Shown: in pieces, positions 1 to 8,218 of the stretch
Numbering within the stretch: the stretch's first letter is position 1
Layout: each line of letters begins with the position of its first letter
Origin: Candidatus Thermofontivivens primus
GTDB taxonomy: Bacteria > Sysuimicrobiota > Sysuimicrobiia > Sysuimicrobiales > Thermofontiviventaceae
Reading direction: 5' to 3'
NCBI GenBank assembly: GCA_031458695.1
Contig: JAVKJW010000042.1
Coordinates: forward strand, 1 to 16,788
Length of the DNA: 16,788 nucleotides
Translations under genes and position numbers: made by a program
The notes under the pieces: generated by a model
Databases searched by the model: none
Told to the model about the DNA's origin: nothing
What the model saw: the letters and a program-made list of their open reading frames with translations, nothing else

Positions 1-206
1 GCTGGTAGCCGAAGGTTGATGAGGTGCTCCTTCTCCAAGGCGGTGAGGGACTTGGTATCCCTCACCGCCTTGAAGTACTGAAGGGGGTGGGTAGAGGCGA
101 AGGCCAGGTCGGCCAAACCCAGGACAGAAAGGACGGTGCTGCCCAGACCTAACACCGAGGCTGCTTTCAGGAACTCCCTCCTCGTGAAGTACTCTTCCTG
201 CGACAT
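1..206 (-). CDS. 5' part of a Tat-exported SoxY-like protein (runs off the window edge; paralog of the 13214..13981 N-terminal domain)
   Basis: Manual translation from ATG at 206 (SD GGAGGGG upstream): MSQEEYFTRREFLKAASVLGLGSTVLSVLGLADLAFASTHPLQYFKAVRDTKSLTALEKEHLINLRLP... It has the twin-arginine motif TRREFLK, a hydrophobic stretch and an AFA cleavage site. LEKEHLINLRLP aligns with LERQHFISVRMP of the SoxYZ-like ORF. Not in the ORF track because there is no stop inside the window. Confidence 0.8.
   Translation of the reverse strand, partial: MSQEEYFTRREFLKAASVLGLGSTVLSVLGLADLAFASTHPLQYFKAVRDTKSLTALEKEHLINLRLP
36..72. repeat. Perfect 15-bp inverted repeat with 7-nt loop inside the Tat-gene coding sequence
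   Basis: CAAGGCGGTGAGGGA (36-50) - CTTGGTA - TCCCTCACCGCCTTG (58-72). Confidence 0.9.
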
Positions 207-223
207 TGTTCCCCTCCTGCATC

Positions 224-248
224 AGGGCAGGCACGGAGGCCTTGCCCT
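224..248 (-). other. Short intergenic GC hairpin without U-tract (possible mRNA stability/processing element)
   Basis: On the minus strand AGGGC-A-AGGC[CTCCGT]GCCT-GCCCT lies at the beta-propeller stop codon, just upstream of the next SD. Confidence 0.35.
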
Positions 249-1557
249 ACTGGCTGCAGTCGCCCTTGCTGTTGACCGCCGGGGCATTCTTCACGCGCTT
301 CACATTCTGCTGGGTCAAGAACGGGACGCCGCAGAAGTAGGGCACCCACTGGACGCCGTTCGTCCCAAAGCCCACTTGCACGCTGGCCACTTTGCGGACT
401 TTCCGCGCGCGGGCATCCCAGCGGAAGATGGTCACGGTATCCCCCAACCGGTCGCTGCCCACCGCGAACCGCCCGTCGGCGGACCAGTGGACATTGTGGG
501 TTCCCTTCCCACCGGCTTCGATCCGCTCCACAACCTCCCCCCGTGCGGCATCCACGATCGTGTACCAGTCATCGGTGGCATCGTTGGTAGCAACGGCGAT
601 GGAGGACTCCGCTGGGTTCGCGTAGGCAGTATTCGTCCCCGCGCCGGAGTCCAGGATCTTCCATAATTCGAGGCGCTCCACATCCACCAGGGCGAGCTGA
701 CCGCTCCGTCCCAGGCCGATCATGGCCACCTTCCCCTTGTTGGCGAAGTTGATGTTGCCAGGGCCACTCCCCTTCGGCATCTGGATCACCTTCACAATCT
801 CCTGCTTCTCGACATCGATGATGGCGGTGAAGTCCCTGGGAGGCGAACTGGCAAAGAGGTACTTGCCATCAGGCGTCATCTTCATGCGCGCGCAGCGGTC
901 ACAGTTCAAGGTCTTGACGATCTTCCGCAGGCTGATGTCGAGCACATCGACATTTCCCGTTCCCTGGTGCCCGATGAAGGCGAACTTCCCATCGTGGGTC
1001 TGGATCACGTCCCGCGCTACGGTGCCGGTGGTCTTCACCTTGAACATGTAGCGGTGGCGCACCGGATCGATGTAGTACACATATCCTCCCTTGGGATTCA
1101 GGTCACCGCAGAGAAGGAGATCCTTGATCGGGCTAAAGCTGCAGTGGAAGGGATCGTCGAAGTCGGTCTTGATCTCCGCTACCACCTCGTCGGTGAAGGA
1201 GTCGATCACGGTCATCACGTTGTGATCACCCTTCCCCTCAGACTGGTGGTTGATATAGACGTAGCGCATCCCTGGGGCTACCCAAGGGTGATGGGGCTGG
1301 GCAGCGTTGACCTTGATGAGTTTGACAATGTAGCCGGGTTTCTCGGGGTCGATGACGGCCACGAGTCCATCATCCTGCACGGGGATGTAGAACTTCCCCC
1401 TGCTCAAGTGTTGGAGGAGTTCCGGCTGCGATGGCCACGTGCGGGCATCCGCATAGAAGATTTTGCTCAGGATCTTTCCCTCACCGCCGGCCGTAGAAAG
1501 AGAGTTGAGGAGGAGGACAATGGCGATACAGACGATGAATCCTCCTTTTCTCCACAT
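247..1557 (-). CDS. Secreted YVTN/YncE/cytochrome cd1-like beta-propeller protein with His motifs (putative metalloenzyme)
   Basis: Repeated blade signatures (VAVID, MTVID, YYID, VDVLD, xxxxDGK/DGR). Likely start is ATG 1557 (GGGGGGTGG SD), giving a Sec-type signal MWRKGGFIVCIAIVLLLNSLSTA. Motifs QPHHPW, DPFHCSF, CDRC, GTHNVHW. The ORF track start at 1608 is probably too long. Confidence 0.85.
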   Translation of the reverse strand: MWRKGGFIVCIAIVLLLNSLSTAGGEGKILSKIFYADARTWPSQPELLQHLSRGKFYIPVQDDGLVAVIDPEKPGYIVKLIKVNAAQPHHPWVAPGMRYVYINHQSEGKGDHNVMTVIDSFTDEVVAEIKTDFDDPFHCSFSPIKDLLLCGDLNPKGGYVYYIDPVRHRYMFKVKTTGTVARDVIQTHDGKFAFIGHQGTGNVDVLDISLRKIVKTLNCDRCARMKMTPDGKYLFASSPPRDFTAIIDVEKQEIVKVIQMPKGSGPGNINFANKGKVAMIGLGRSGQLALVDVERLELWKILDSGAGTNTAYANPAESSIAVATNDATDDWYTIVDAARGEVVERIEAGGKGTHNVHWSADGRFAVGSDRLGDTVTIFRWDARARKVRKVASVQVGFGTNGVQWVPYFCGVPFLTQQNVKRVKNAPAVNSKGDCSQ

Positions 1558-1710
1558 CTGGTTCCACCCCCCGATGCCGCATGCCTTCGAATTTCCAGTA
1601 CCCCGCAAACGTCACTAGACACTTGCAGAAGGCTCCCCACCACATGCTCTCCGTTCCATGGGAAAAACATCAGAGCCCTTGTTCTTCCTCTCACCTCCTT
1701 TGCGCTCCTC

Positions 1711-2262
1711 TCAACACGGAGCTGTGGCGGCCCGCGTTGGGAGGGTCTTGTTGAGGAGGTGCTCCAGATAGAGATCGAAGGACATCTCTCCGTACCACCC
1801 CCGCGTGATGTAGGCGAGGAGCTCCATGAAGCCCTTGGGCCCTACATATCCTGGGATGCGCATGTACTCCTTCTCCAGGTCCCGGTAGTCCAAGACCACG
1901 ATCGTGGGGAAGGTGACCACACGGTATCGATCGCGCAGCTGGACCCCTGAGACCCTCTCCCCTCCAGGCCCGGCGAAGGGAGCAGGGTTAAAGCTCTCTA
2001 CCCGCACTGGGACGAAGCATCGCTGCACGACCTTTTGGATCGCGGCATCAGAGAAGGTGACCGCGTCCATCCGCTCGCAGTATGGGCATGCGGGCTTGTG
2101 GAAGTAGACGAGGAGGGGTCTACGCACCTGTCTTCCCAGGCCTACCCCCTCTGTCCACTTGCGCCAGACAATCCGTGCACTTCCCGCTACCGCTTCACTC
2201 GTAAGCACCAACCCCACCACCGCTGTGAGAACACGCAACGTTCCTTTCATCGTCGCCCTCAC
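1711..2262 (-). CDS. Secreted thioredoxin-fold protein, SoxW/DsbJ-like
   Basis: Signal peptide (VLTAVVGLVLTSEAVA), YFHKPACPYCERM active site, YRVVTFPTIV cis-Pro loop, IPGY motif. GTG 2262 overlaps the etfB stop (GTGA); ATG 2250 is an alternative start. Confidence 0.85.
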   Translation of the reverse strand: MRATMKGTLRVLTAVVGLVLTSEAVAGSARIVWRKWTEGVGLGRQVRRPLLVYFHKPACPYCERMDAVTFSDAAIQKVVQRCFVPVRVESFNPAPFAGPGGERVSGVQLRDRYRVVTFPTIVVLDYRDLEKEYMRIPGYVGPKGFMELLAYITRGWYGEMSFDLYLEHLLNKTLPTRAATAPC

Positions 2263-3026
2263 CGCAGAAGCCCTCGTTCCTCCAGGACCGCGACAATGCG
2301 CCTCGCCACTTCCTCAGGGGGCCCCTCGAGGATCTCGGCGTGGCCTGTCGCCTCGGGTTTGAACAGCCTCCGTACCTGGATCTGTAGTCCGAGGGGAGCC
2401 CTTCCCTCCACCGCCTCGATCTTCCCCTCCTTCATGGCTTGGCGGACTTTTGTGATGGGAGCGTAACGCGGCGGCTGCCGAGCGGCCTGGATCCCCAGCA
2501 CTACTGGGAGCTGTACCTCGAACTCCCCGAGGAGGCCACCTGCGTACTCCTTGCGCACGCGCGCTACCTTCCTTTCGGGTTCAACCTCCACACCAGTCAC
2601 CACGCCCACGTGAGGAATGTCCAGGTATCCGGCGAGGAGCATCCCAACTTGCCCGTCAAGATCGTCCACCGCCTGGACTCCCGTGAGGACCAGGTCGAAA
2701 CCAAGGGAGGGCAAGAAATTCCGAAGGGCACCCGCAAGCCTCTTGTTGGAAAGCTTCTCCCCAAGACCGGTCACCTTGATCACCCGGTCTGCCCCCTTGG
2801 CCAGAGCGGTGTAGAGGACCTCGTCCACGCCGTCTGCCTCGGGTGCAACCACGGTCACGCGGCCACCGTGCGCCTCTTTGAGGAGGAGTGCTTCCTCTAG
2901 GGCGTGCTCGTCGAACTCGTTGAGAACCAGTTTGAGGAACTGGCGGTCCAAGTCGGTCCCCTCCGAATTGACCTCCAGGTCCTCGACGAGGTCTGGGACG
3001 AGCTTGCATAGGACAATGTATTCCAT
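2259..3026 (-). CDS. etfB: Electron transfer flavoprotein beta subunit
   Basis: N-terminal VLCKLVPD, LNEFDEHALEEAL, ALAKGADR, DLVLTGVQAVDDLDGQVG, PRYAPI motifs typical of EtfB/FixA. Confidence 0.93.
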   Translation of the reverse strand: MEYIVLCKLVPDLVEDLEVNSEGTDLDRQFLKLVLNEFDEHALEEALLLKEAHGGRVTVVAPEADGVDEVLYTALAKGADRVIKVTGLGEKLSNKRLAGALRNFLPSLGFDLVLTGVQAVDDLDGQVGMLLAGYLDIPHVGVVTGVEVEPERKVARVRKEYAGGLLGEFEVQLPVVLGIQAARQPPRYAPITKVRQAMKEGKIEAVEGRAPLGLQIQVRRLFKPEATGHAEILEGPPEEVARRIVAVLEERGLLR

Positions 3027-3034
3027 GACGCACC

Positions 3035-4330
3035 TCAGCGTGTTTTCGGGCTCCCCATTGCTTCGTCGATGAGCTCGATGATATCCCGCACCAGGAGTTT
3101 CCCCTCGTTGCCTGTGGCTTTCACCGAGTCCTCAAACCGGGAGACCTCGTATGGGCAGCACACTGCGAGGATCTCCGCTCCTACCTCCACGGCCTCCTTC
3201 ACGCGCCGATCAGAGAGGCGCTCCCGGATGAAGTCCCGGGAGAAGCCGTCGAGCCACATGCCCCCTCCTCCGCCCCCGCAGCAGTAGCCATTCTCCCTGC
3301 ACCGCGGCATCTCCACGAGGCGAATCCCCGGGATCGCCTGGAGGAGCTTCCGTGGGGCATCGTACTCGCCGTTGTGACGCCCGAGGTAGCAGGGGTCGTG
3401 AAAGGTCACGGTATAGGGGAGCTCCTTTACGAACATCTTCTGGAGCTGGGGGAGCATAGGGGCCAGGAACTGGGTATAGTGCAAGATCTCGAAGGCTCCT
3501 CCATACTGGGGGTAGAGGTTCTTGAAAGCGTTGTACTCGTGTGGCCCTGTCACGACGATCCTGTTGAAGGAATATTTCTGAAAGGTCCGGATGTTGGACT
3601 CCGCCAGCATTTCAAAGAGCCCTTTCTCCCCGGCTAGGCGGATGGAGTCGCCGTCCTCCTTCTCCTCGTGCCCGAGGATGGCGTAATCCACCCCCAAGGC
3701 GTAGAAGACCCTGGCCATCGCCCTTGCCGCGTCCTTCCCGCGAGGGTGGTAAGAGGGGTAGCTTCCTACATACCAGAGGACGTCCACAGGGCGCGGAGTC
3801 ATGGGCAAGATAGTCACAGGGACACCCGCATCTTTGACCCACTCCGCGCGCTTGCGCGGGGATTCGCCCATGGGATTGCCGTACTTTGCCGTATTCTCGA
3901 ACACCTTCTGTAACTCAGGGGGCACGTTGCCGTCCTGCACTGCCACCTCGCGCGCGGCAGGCATAATCTCGATCATGTTGACCTCTTTAGGGCACACGCG
4001 GAGGCAGTTCATACATGTCGTGCACAGCCAGAGATCAGGGTCGTGGAAGAGGTCGATCCCAAGCTGGACCTTGCGGTAGATTTTGCGAGGACCATAGTCC
4101 CCGACCATGTCCACGGGACAGACGGGAACGCACTTGCCGCACTGGTAGCACCATCCCAGGGACTCCCCGCCGGAAAGGCTGGTGATCCGCTCCAGGATTT
4201 CAGTGGAGTAATCCCACACCACACGTTGCTCGAACATCCGGTTCCAGTGCCCGGAAATGTCCATCCCCTCAAGAATGGCGACATCCTTCTCAAGGATCTT
4301 GTCCACCTTGTCGAGCCCTGGCTTTGGCAT
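3035..4330 (-). CDS. shdrB3: sHdrB3-type protein: HdrC-like 2x[4Fe-4S] domain fused to CCG domains
   Basis: CYQCGKCVPVCP and CTTCMNCLRVCP ferredoxin motifs. First CCG domain is degenerate (YVGSY, EKEDGD, VTGPHEY); second has HDPCYLGR, CCGGGGG, CCPYE. Lies after shdrH and before etfB. SD GGAGGGGG. Confidence 0.85.
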   Translation of the reverse strand: MPKPGLDKVDKILEKDVAILEGMDISGHWNRMFEQRVVWDYSTEILERITSLSGGESLGWCYQCGKCVPVCPVDMVGDYGPRKIYRKVQLGIDLFHDPDLWLCTTCMNCLRVCPKEVNMIEIMPAAREVAVQDGNVPPELQKVFENTAKYGNPMGESPRKRAEWVKDAGVPVTILPMTPRPVDVLWYVGSYPSYHPRGKDAARAMARVFYALGVDYAILGHEEKEDGDSIRLAGEKGLFEMLAESNIRTFQKYSFNRIVVTGPHEYNAFKNLYPQYGGAFEILHYTQFLAPMLPQLQKMFVKELPYTVTFHDPCYLGRHNGEYDAPRKLLQAIPGIRLVEMPRCRENGYCCGGGGGGMWLDGFSRDFIRERLSDRRVKEAVEVGAEILAVCCPYEVSRFEDSVKATGNEGKLLVRDIIELIDEAMGSPKTR

Positions 4331-5090
4331 TTTCCCCCTCCCTGGGATAGATCCCGAGGAGCCTCTGGATCAGCTCCCATGGATCCGGCAGTACCTTGGT
4401 GAACTCTTTGCTCATGCGCATGCGGAGGGCTGTGAACAGGTAAAGGGTATAGACGCACGCCAGGTAGGCATCAGGAAGGAAGAGACTGGCGTGCGTCTGG
4501 ACGTCCGTGAAAATCCCCAAAGACTCGCGAGCCGCTTCGGCATACGCCACAGCCTCCCCAACCCTCTGGTACACCTCCCCCGGCGTCGGTGCCAGGAGCG
4601 TATGCCAGTCAGCCACCACGAACCGTAGCGCCCCAGTCTGCGTGCGAGGGTTCCACATCCAGCGCGTCCAGAGCCAGTGCCGCTCCGGCAGAACGTAGTG
4701 GAGTGCTTCGCCTGCCAGGTCAATGGCTTCTCCCTGAGCGCAGGCCCCATCGAGAAGTGTGCAGAACTCGGTGAATCTTTCTTCCACCTGGCCTCTCCCG
4801 TACAGCAGCGTCGAGAGGAGTTGGCGAAGGCTATCTATTCCGACCGCCTGGACCAGAGCATCGGCCCTGCGGCGCGTTCCAAAGATCGTGCGCAGGAGCT
4901 TGCGCGCTTGGGGACCATCCAGCAGGGAGAGGCCTTCCGGGGAGAGGGTCGCTTGGAACCAACGGCTCTTCGCCTCCAGCCCGTCCAGGAGGACCCCCAG
5001 GAAGCCGGGCGGGATCCTGGCGAGGACCTCCCGTGCGAACTCCTCTCCTACCTGAATATCTAGAACCTGCTCGTCGAGCATTCCCTTCAC
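4290..5090 (-). CDS. shdrH: sHdrH (conserved 'hyp' protein of sHdr clusters)
   Basis: Position between shdrA and shdrB3; DLAGEALHY..PERHWLWTRWMWNP.TQTGAL segment recognised as characteristic of this family. Abuts the shdrA stop and overlaps the shdrB3 start by 41 nt. Alternative start ATG 5081. Confidence 0.75.
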   Translation of the reverse strand: MKGMLDEQVLDIQVGEEFAREVLARIPPGFLGVLLDGLEAKSRWFQATLSPEGLSLLDGPQARKLLRTIFGTRRRADALVQAVGIDSLRQLLSTLLYGRGQVEERFTEFCTLLDGACAQGEAIDLAGEALHYVLPERHWLWTRWMWNPRTQTGALRFVVADWHTLLAPTPGEVYQRVGEAVAYAEAARESLGIFTDVQTHASLFLPDAYLACVYTLYLFTALRMRMSKEFTKVLPDPWELIQRLLGIYPREGENAKARARQGGQDP

Positions 5091-6164
5091 CTAGCCCCCG
5101 GAGGCAACGGCGATAGCCCTCCGGATCGCTGCCACTGCCTTCATGGCCGCGGCTCCAGCCATGGACATGGAATCATCCAGGTCTTTCGGGCCCGCGGCGG
5201 CGCCGGCTACGAAGATCCCTGGGACAGAGGTCGCTACCGGATCTACTCCCTCGTGGGGGACCTCGATGAACCCGTACTTGTTCTGCTTGAGCCCAAGGAT
5301 CCTCGCGACCTCCCGCGTCCCCTTGCTCGGCTCCATCCCTACCGAGAGGATCACCATGTCCATGAGAACCTCCATAGGTCTCCCCAGCGTCGTGTCCTCC
5401 CCGCGCACCAGGAGCTTATCGCCCTTCTGGATGATCTCTGTGGCGATCCCCTTGATGTAATTCACCTTGTATTGTTCCTGAGCGGGCCAGTAGATCTCGT
5501 TCTCCCAATAGCCGTACATGCGCATGTCGATGTAAAAGATGTATACCTTGCAGTTGGGGACCTGCTGGCGGATCTCGATGGCCTGCTTGGAGGCGATGCC
5601 GCAACAGACCTTGGAGCAGTACTCGTTGCCGATCTGGCGATCCCGCGACCCCACGCACTGGATGAAACAGACACGCTCTGGAGGGAGACCGGTGGACGGA
5701 CGCACGAACTTCCTTGCCTTGAGCATCGCCTCGGCGTCGGCGAGGGTGATCACATCGGGGTACTCGTAGTATCCATACACCTGCGTTTCTCGCCCGGGGT
5801 CGAAGTGCTGGAACCCTGTGGCGACAATGATGGCCCCCGCATGGACTGTCTCGGAAGCGCCGTCTGAGACCTTGGTGAGGGTGACGTGGAAGTCCCCCTT
5901 GCTTCCCGTGCACCCGACGACGCGTGTGGAGAGCTTCACTTGGACGTTGGGGTGGGTGGTGACCTCCTGGGCGAGGCGGTTCATCACCTCCTCTGCATCC
6001 TGGAAGCCATGGGTGAGTGCCGCGTAGCGTTCAAAGACCGGCGTGCCGCCGAGGTGATCCCGCTCCTCTACGAGGACCACCTTTGCTCCAAGGTCAGCAG
6101 CACCCCTCGCGGCTTCCAGCCCTGCCGGGCCTCCTCCAATCACCAGGACCACATCGCTCGCCAT
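5091..6164 (-). CDS. shdrA: sHdrA, short FAD/[4Fe-4S] heterodisulfide-reductase-like flavoprotein
   Basis: VIGGGPAG Rossmann motif, ATGF, FIQCVGSRD, YCSKVCC, FYIDMRMYG, GIFVAG. 357 aa, lacking the inserted ferredoxin domains of methanogen HdrA, as expected for sHdrA. Confidence 0.93.
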   Translation of the reverse strand: MASDVVLVIGGGPAGLEAARGAADLGAKVVLVEERDHLGGTPVFERYAALTHGFQDAEEVMNRLAQEVTTHPNVQVKLSTRVVGCTGSKGDFHVTLTKVSDGASETVHAGAIIVATGFQHFDPGRETQVYGYYEYPDVITLADAEAMLKARKFVRPSTGLPPERVCFIQCVGSRDRQIGNEYCSKVCCGIASKQAIEIRQQVPNCKVYIFYIDMRMYGYWENEIYWPAQEQYKVNYIKGIATEIIQKGDKLLVRGEDTTLGRPMEVLMDMVILSVGMEPSKGTREVARILGLKQNKYGFIEVPHEGVDPVATSVPGIFVAGAAAGPKDLDDSMSMAGAAAMKAVAAIRRAIAVASGG

Positions 6165-6176
6165 CGTGAGCCCTCC

Positions 6177-7409
6177 TCAAGAGACCTGGAGGAAGTGACG
6201 CGCGGGGATCTCTGCATCTACATCCTCCCAGGTAAGGTAATCCTTCTCTCCCCGGCGGATGCGCTCCAGGTCCTCTTCGAACTCCTGCCACTTCTCCTTC
6301 CAATCGATGCCCATCTTCTCCAAAAGAGGCCTGTAGTCAGCGGCGTGCCAGTGGAGCTGGCAGACACGGTAGGGGTGTGCCCCCATGGCCAGGGCAGCGA
6401 ACTGGGCCTCGGACATCACAGGGACACCTACCTTCTTGTTATGCACTTGGGCAGCGAACTGGCTCTTGTCGAGCGTGGTCACGCACCCGGTGTCGTGGGT
6501 CAGGACGACATCGGGCTTCGCTTCCTCGAGCATGGTCTCAATCTTGCGATTCACGGCAAAGGATCTTGTGAAGTCCCGCTGCACGAGGATGTGTCGGAAC
6601 CCGAAGCCGCAGCAGTCGAACCAGGTGGAGTAATCCTTCACCTGTGCCCCAAGCGCTTTGGCGACAGCTGTCACCACCGCCGTCCGCTGGCCACCGTAGA
6701 TGTCTGGATCGTAAATGGCATCCCCCTGGACGAGCTTGTAGTAGTGGCAGGCGGGGTGAACGGTAACGACGATCTCACGACAGTCATAGACCTTTCTCGC
6801 TGCAATCTCATGGCGTACTGCATAGACCCACTCGCTGTAGTGAACGATCTCCTCGGGCATCACGAGCGGCTTCCCGAGCTTGGCCATGATCTCCCGGACC
6901 TGCGCTCGCAGCTCGGGGTGCTTGACGAGCTCCTCCCGCACCTCCTTGTAGTGCCCGTAGCTCGTTCCACAGTGGATCAGCGGGAAGAAACCCGTCACAT
7001 ACGCGGCGGCGAAGTTGCGCACGGCTACTGCAGCCTGCGCCGCCGCGTTCGAGGTAGCTGACGCGTAGTAGTTCCAACCAGTGCAGGAGGTCTGGTCCTT
7101 TGGATCGTCGTATTCCAGCCCGAGTTTGCGATGGAGCCAGAAAATCGCCGTGGAATACCCGGGGATGTGGCCACACTGGCCGCAGGACTTGTGGTGCCAG
7201 GTGTGCTGGAGGGGGACCTTCTTCGCCCTCCCGTCCTTCCTCGGCACCTCCACATACGGCTCAGGGACGCGCTGGACGATCCACTCCCCTTCCGCTTCGA
7301 GCTCGAAGACCAAGTCGCGGATGTCCTCGGAGAGAGGGAGATCCGGATCTCGTTTGAACACGCGTTCCTTCCCAAGCGGCCCCTCTGCCTGCTTTGCATG
7401 GATGCTCAT
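6177..7409 (-). CDS. shdrB1: sHdrB1, CCG-domain subunit
   Basis: HKSCGQCGHIPGY, QTSCTGWNYY, IHCGTSYGHY, HPACHYYK, DCCGFGFRH, THDTGCVTTLDK. Start corrected to ATG 7409 (SD GGAGGAGGTGG). Confidence 0.92.
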   Translation of the reverse strand: MSIHAKQAEGPLGKERVFKRDPDLPLSEDIRDLVFELEAEGEWIVQRVPEPYVEVPRKDGRAKKVPLQHTWHHKSCGQCGHIPGYSTAIFWLHRKLGLEYDDPKDQTSCTGWNYYASATSNAAAQAAVAVRNFAAAYVTGFFPLIHCGTSYGHYKEVREELVKHPELRAQVREIMAKLGKPLVMPEEIVHYSEWVYAVRHEIAARKVYDCREIVVTVHPACHYYKLVQGDAIYDPDIYGGQRTAVVTAVAKALGAQVKDYSTWFDCCGFGFRHILVQRDFTRSFAVNRKIETMLEEAKPDVVLTHDTGCVTTLDKSQFAAQVHNKKVGVPVMSEAQFAALAMGAHPYRVCQLHWHAADYRPLLEKMGIDWKEKWQEFEEDLERIRRGEKDYLTWEDVDAEIPARHFLQVS

Positions 7410-7509
7410 CTTTCCACCTCCTCCTTCAGGGCACCCGGCACAGAAGCAAAACCACACGCACCCAATTGAATCCCTCCTCAGGCGCTCTCAGTCCCTCCGG
7501 CACCTCCGC

Positions 7510-8217
7510 TTACTCGGCGAGGGCGTATCCCCTCTCCTCCAACAACTCCTCCATGACGTCCAGGAGGATCATGTGGAGCCCCTCATCCACTTCCTTGATC
7601 ATGTCCATCACGCCAGTCATGTGCCAGATGAGATAGAGCTCCGTAAGGGTTTGCTCGCTTACTTCCCACGCTGTCGACGTTGTGTGCATGGTCTCTGGCG
7701 GCAGGGCCTTCCGCCACAGCTCCAAGTTATCCGCAGTCTCCTTCGCCACGGGCCCCCAGTCAGGGAAAGCATCAGCCTGGATCATGTCTGGCGAAACCTG
7801 CGTCCCTGTGGCCATGATCTTGTAGATGACCCGGCTGTAGCCCTCCAGGGCTTCCTTGGCAGACCGCAGCCCGTTGCGCACCGCGACCTCACGCATGATG
7901 GTGATGAGGCCCCCAGGAGAATTCCCGCGCGGGCAGCGGTTACAGGAGAAGCACTGGGAGCAGTTCCACACGTCTTCGTTGAGTTGGTAGAAGAAGAGCT
8001 CTACATCTTCCCGGGCGAGGGTCTGGGCAATCTTGCGCGGGCTGAAATCGTAGAACCGTGCTGAGGGGCAGGCGGCGACGCAAATGCCACACTCATAGCA
8101 CCCATAGAGGTAGTCGGGAAACCGCGGGTCGGCTTTTACCTCCTGGAAGAGACGCTCTTTCTCTTCATACGGAATATCCGCGTACCTCTCAAGTTTGGGC
8201 GGAGCGTGCAAAGCCAC
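7510..8217 (-). CDS. shdrC1: sHdrC1, 4Fe-4S dicluster subunit
   Basis: CYECGICVAACP and WNCSQCFSCNRCPRGNSPGGLI.IMREVA, FPDWGP. Start corrected to GTG 8217 with GGAGG 8 nt upstream, immediately after the thioredoxin-fragment stop. Confidence 0.9.
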   Translation of the reverse strand: MALHAPPKLERYADIPYEEKERLFQEVKADPRFPDYLYGCYECGICVAACPSARFYDFSPRKIAQTLAREDVELFFYQLNEDVWNCSQCFSCNRCPRGNSPGGLITIMREVAVRNGLRSAKEALEGYSRVIYKIMATGTQVSPDMIQADAFPDWGPVAKETADNLELWRKALPPETMHTTSTAWEVSEQTLTELYLIWHMTGVMDMIKEVDEGLHMILLDVMEELLEERGYALAE

Positions 8218-8218
8218 C

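Noticed and set aside
247..1557. Calling the propeller nitrite reductase NirS, NosZ or thiocyanate dehydrogenase outright
   Set aside because: No CxxCH heme motif, no CuA domain, and too few axial His residues for the full TcDH or CuZ ligand sets.
1467..1710. Strong SD-like AAGGAGGTGA after the thioredoxin stop and the 75-aa ORF 1467..1694
   Set aside because: No start codon at normal spacing after the SD; the ORF overlaps the propeller signal peptide out of frame and looks non-coding. At most a gene remnant.
967..1950. 327-aa plus-strand ORF (also 136..666, 5886..7061, 7081..8064 and similar)
   Set aside because: Antisense shadows of well-supported minus-strand genes in GC-rich DNA; no recognisable motifs.
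7410..7457. Cys-rich N-terminal extension MWFCFCAGCP on sHdrB1
   Set aside because: A strong SD sits directly before ATG 7409 and MSIH is a plausible start; the extension is probably translated intergenic sequence.
3035..8217. Methanogen-type or Flx/Mvh-coupled HdrABC
   Set aside because: Short HdrA, the C1-B1-A-H-B3 order and tusA/dsrE/lbpA neighbours indicate the sulfur-oxidizing sHdr type.
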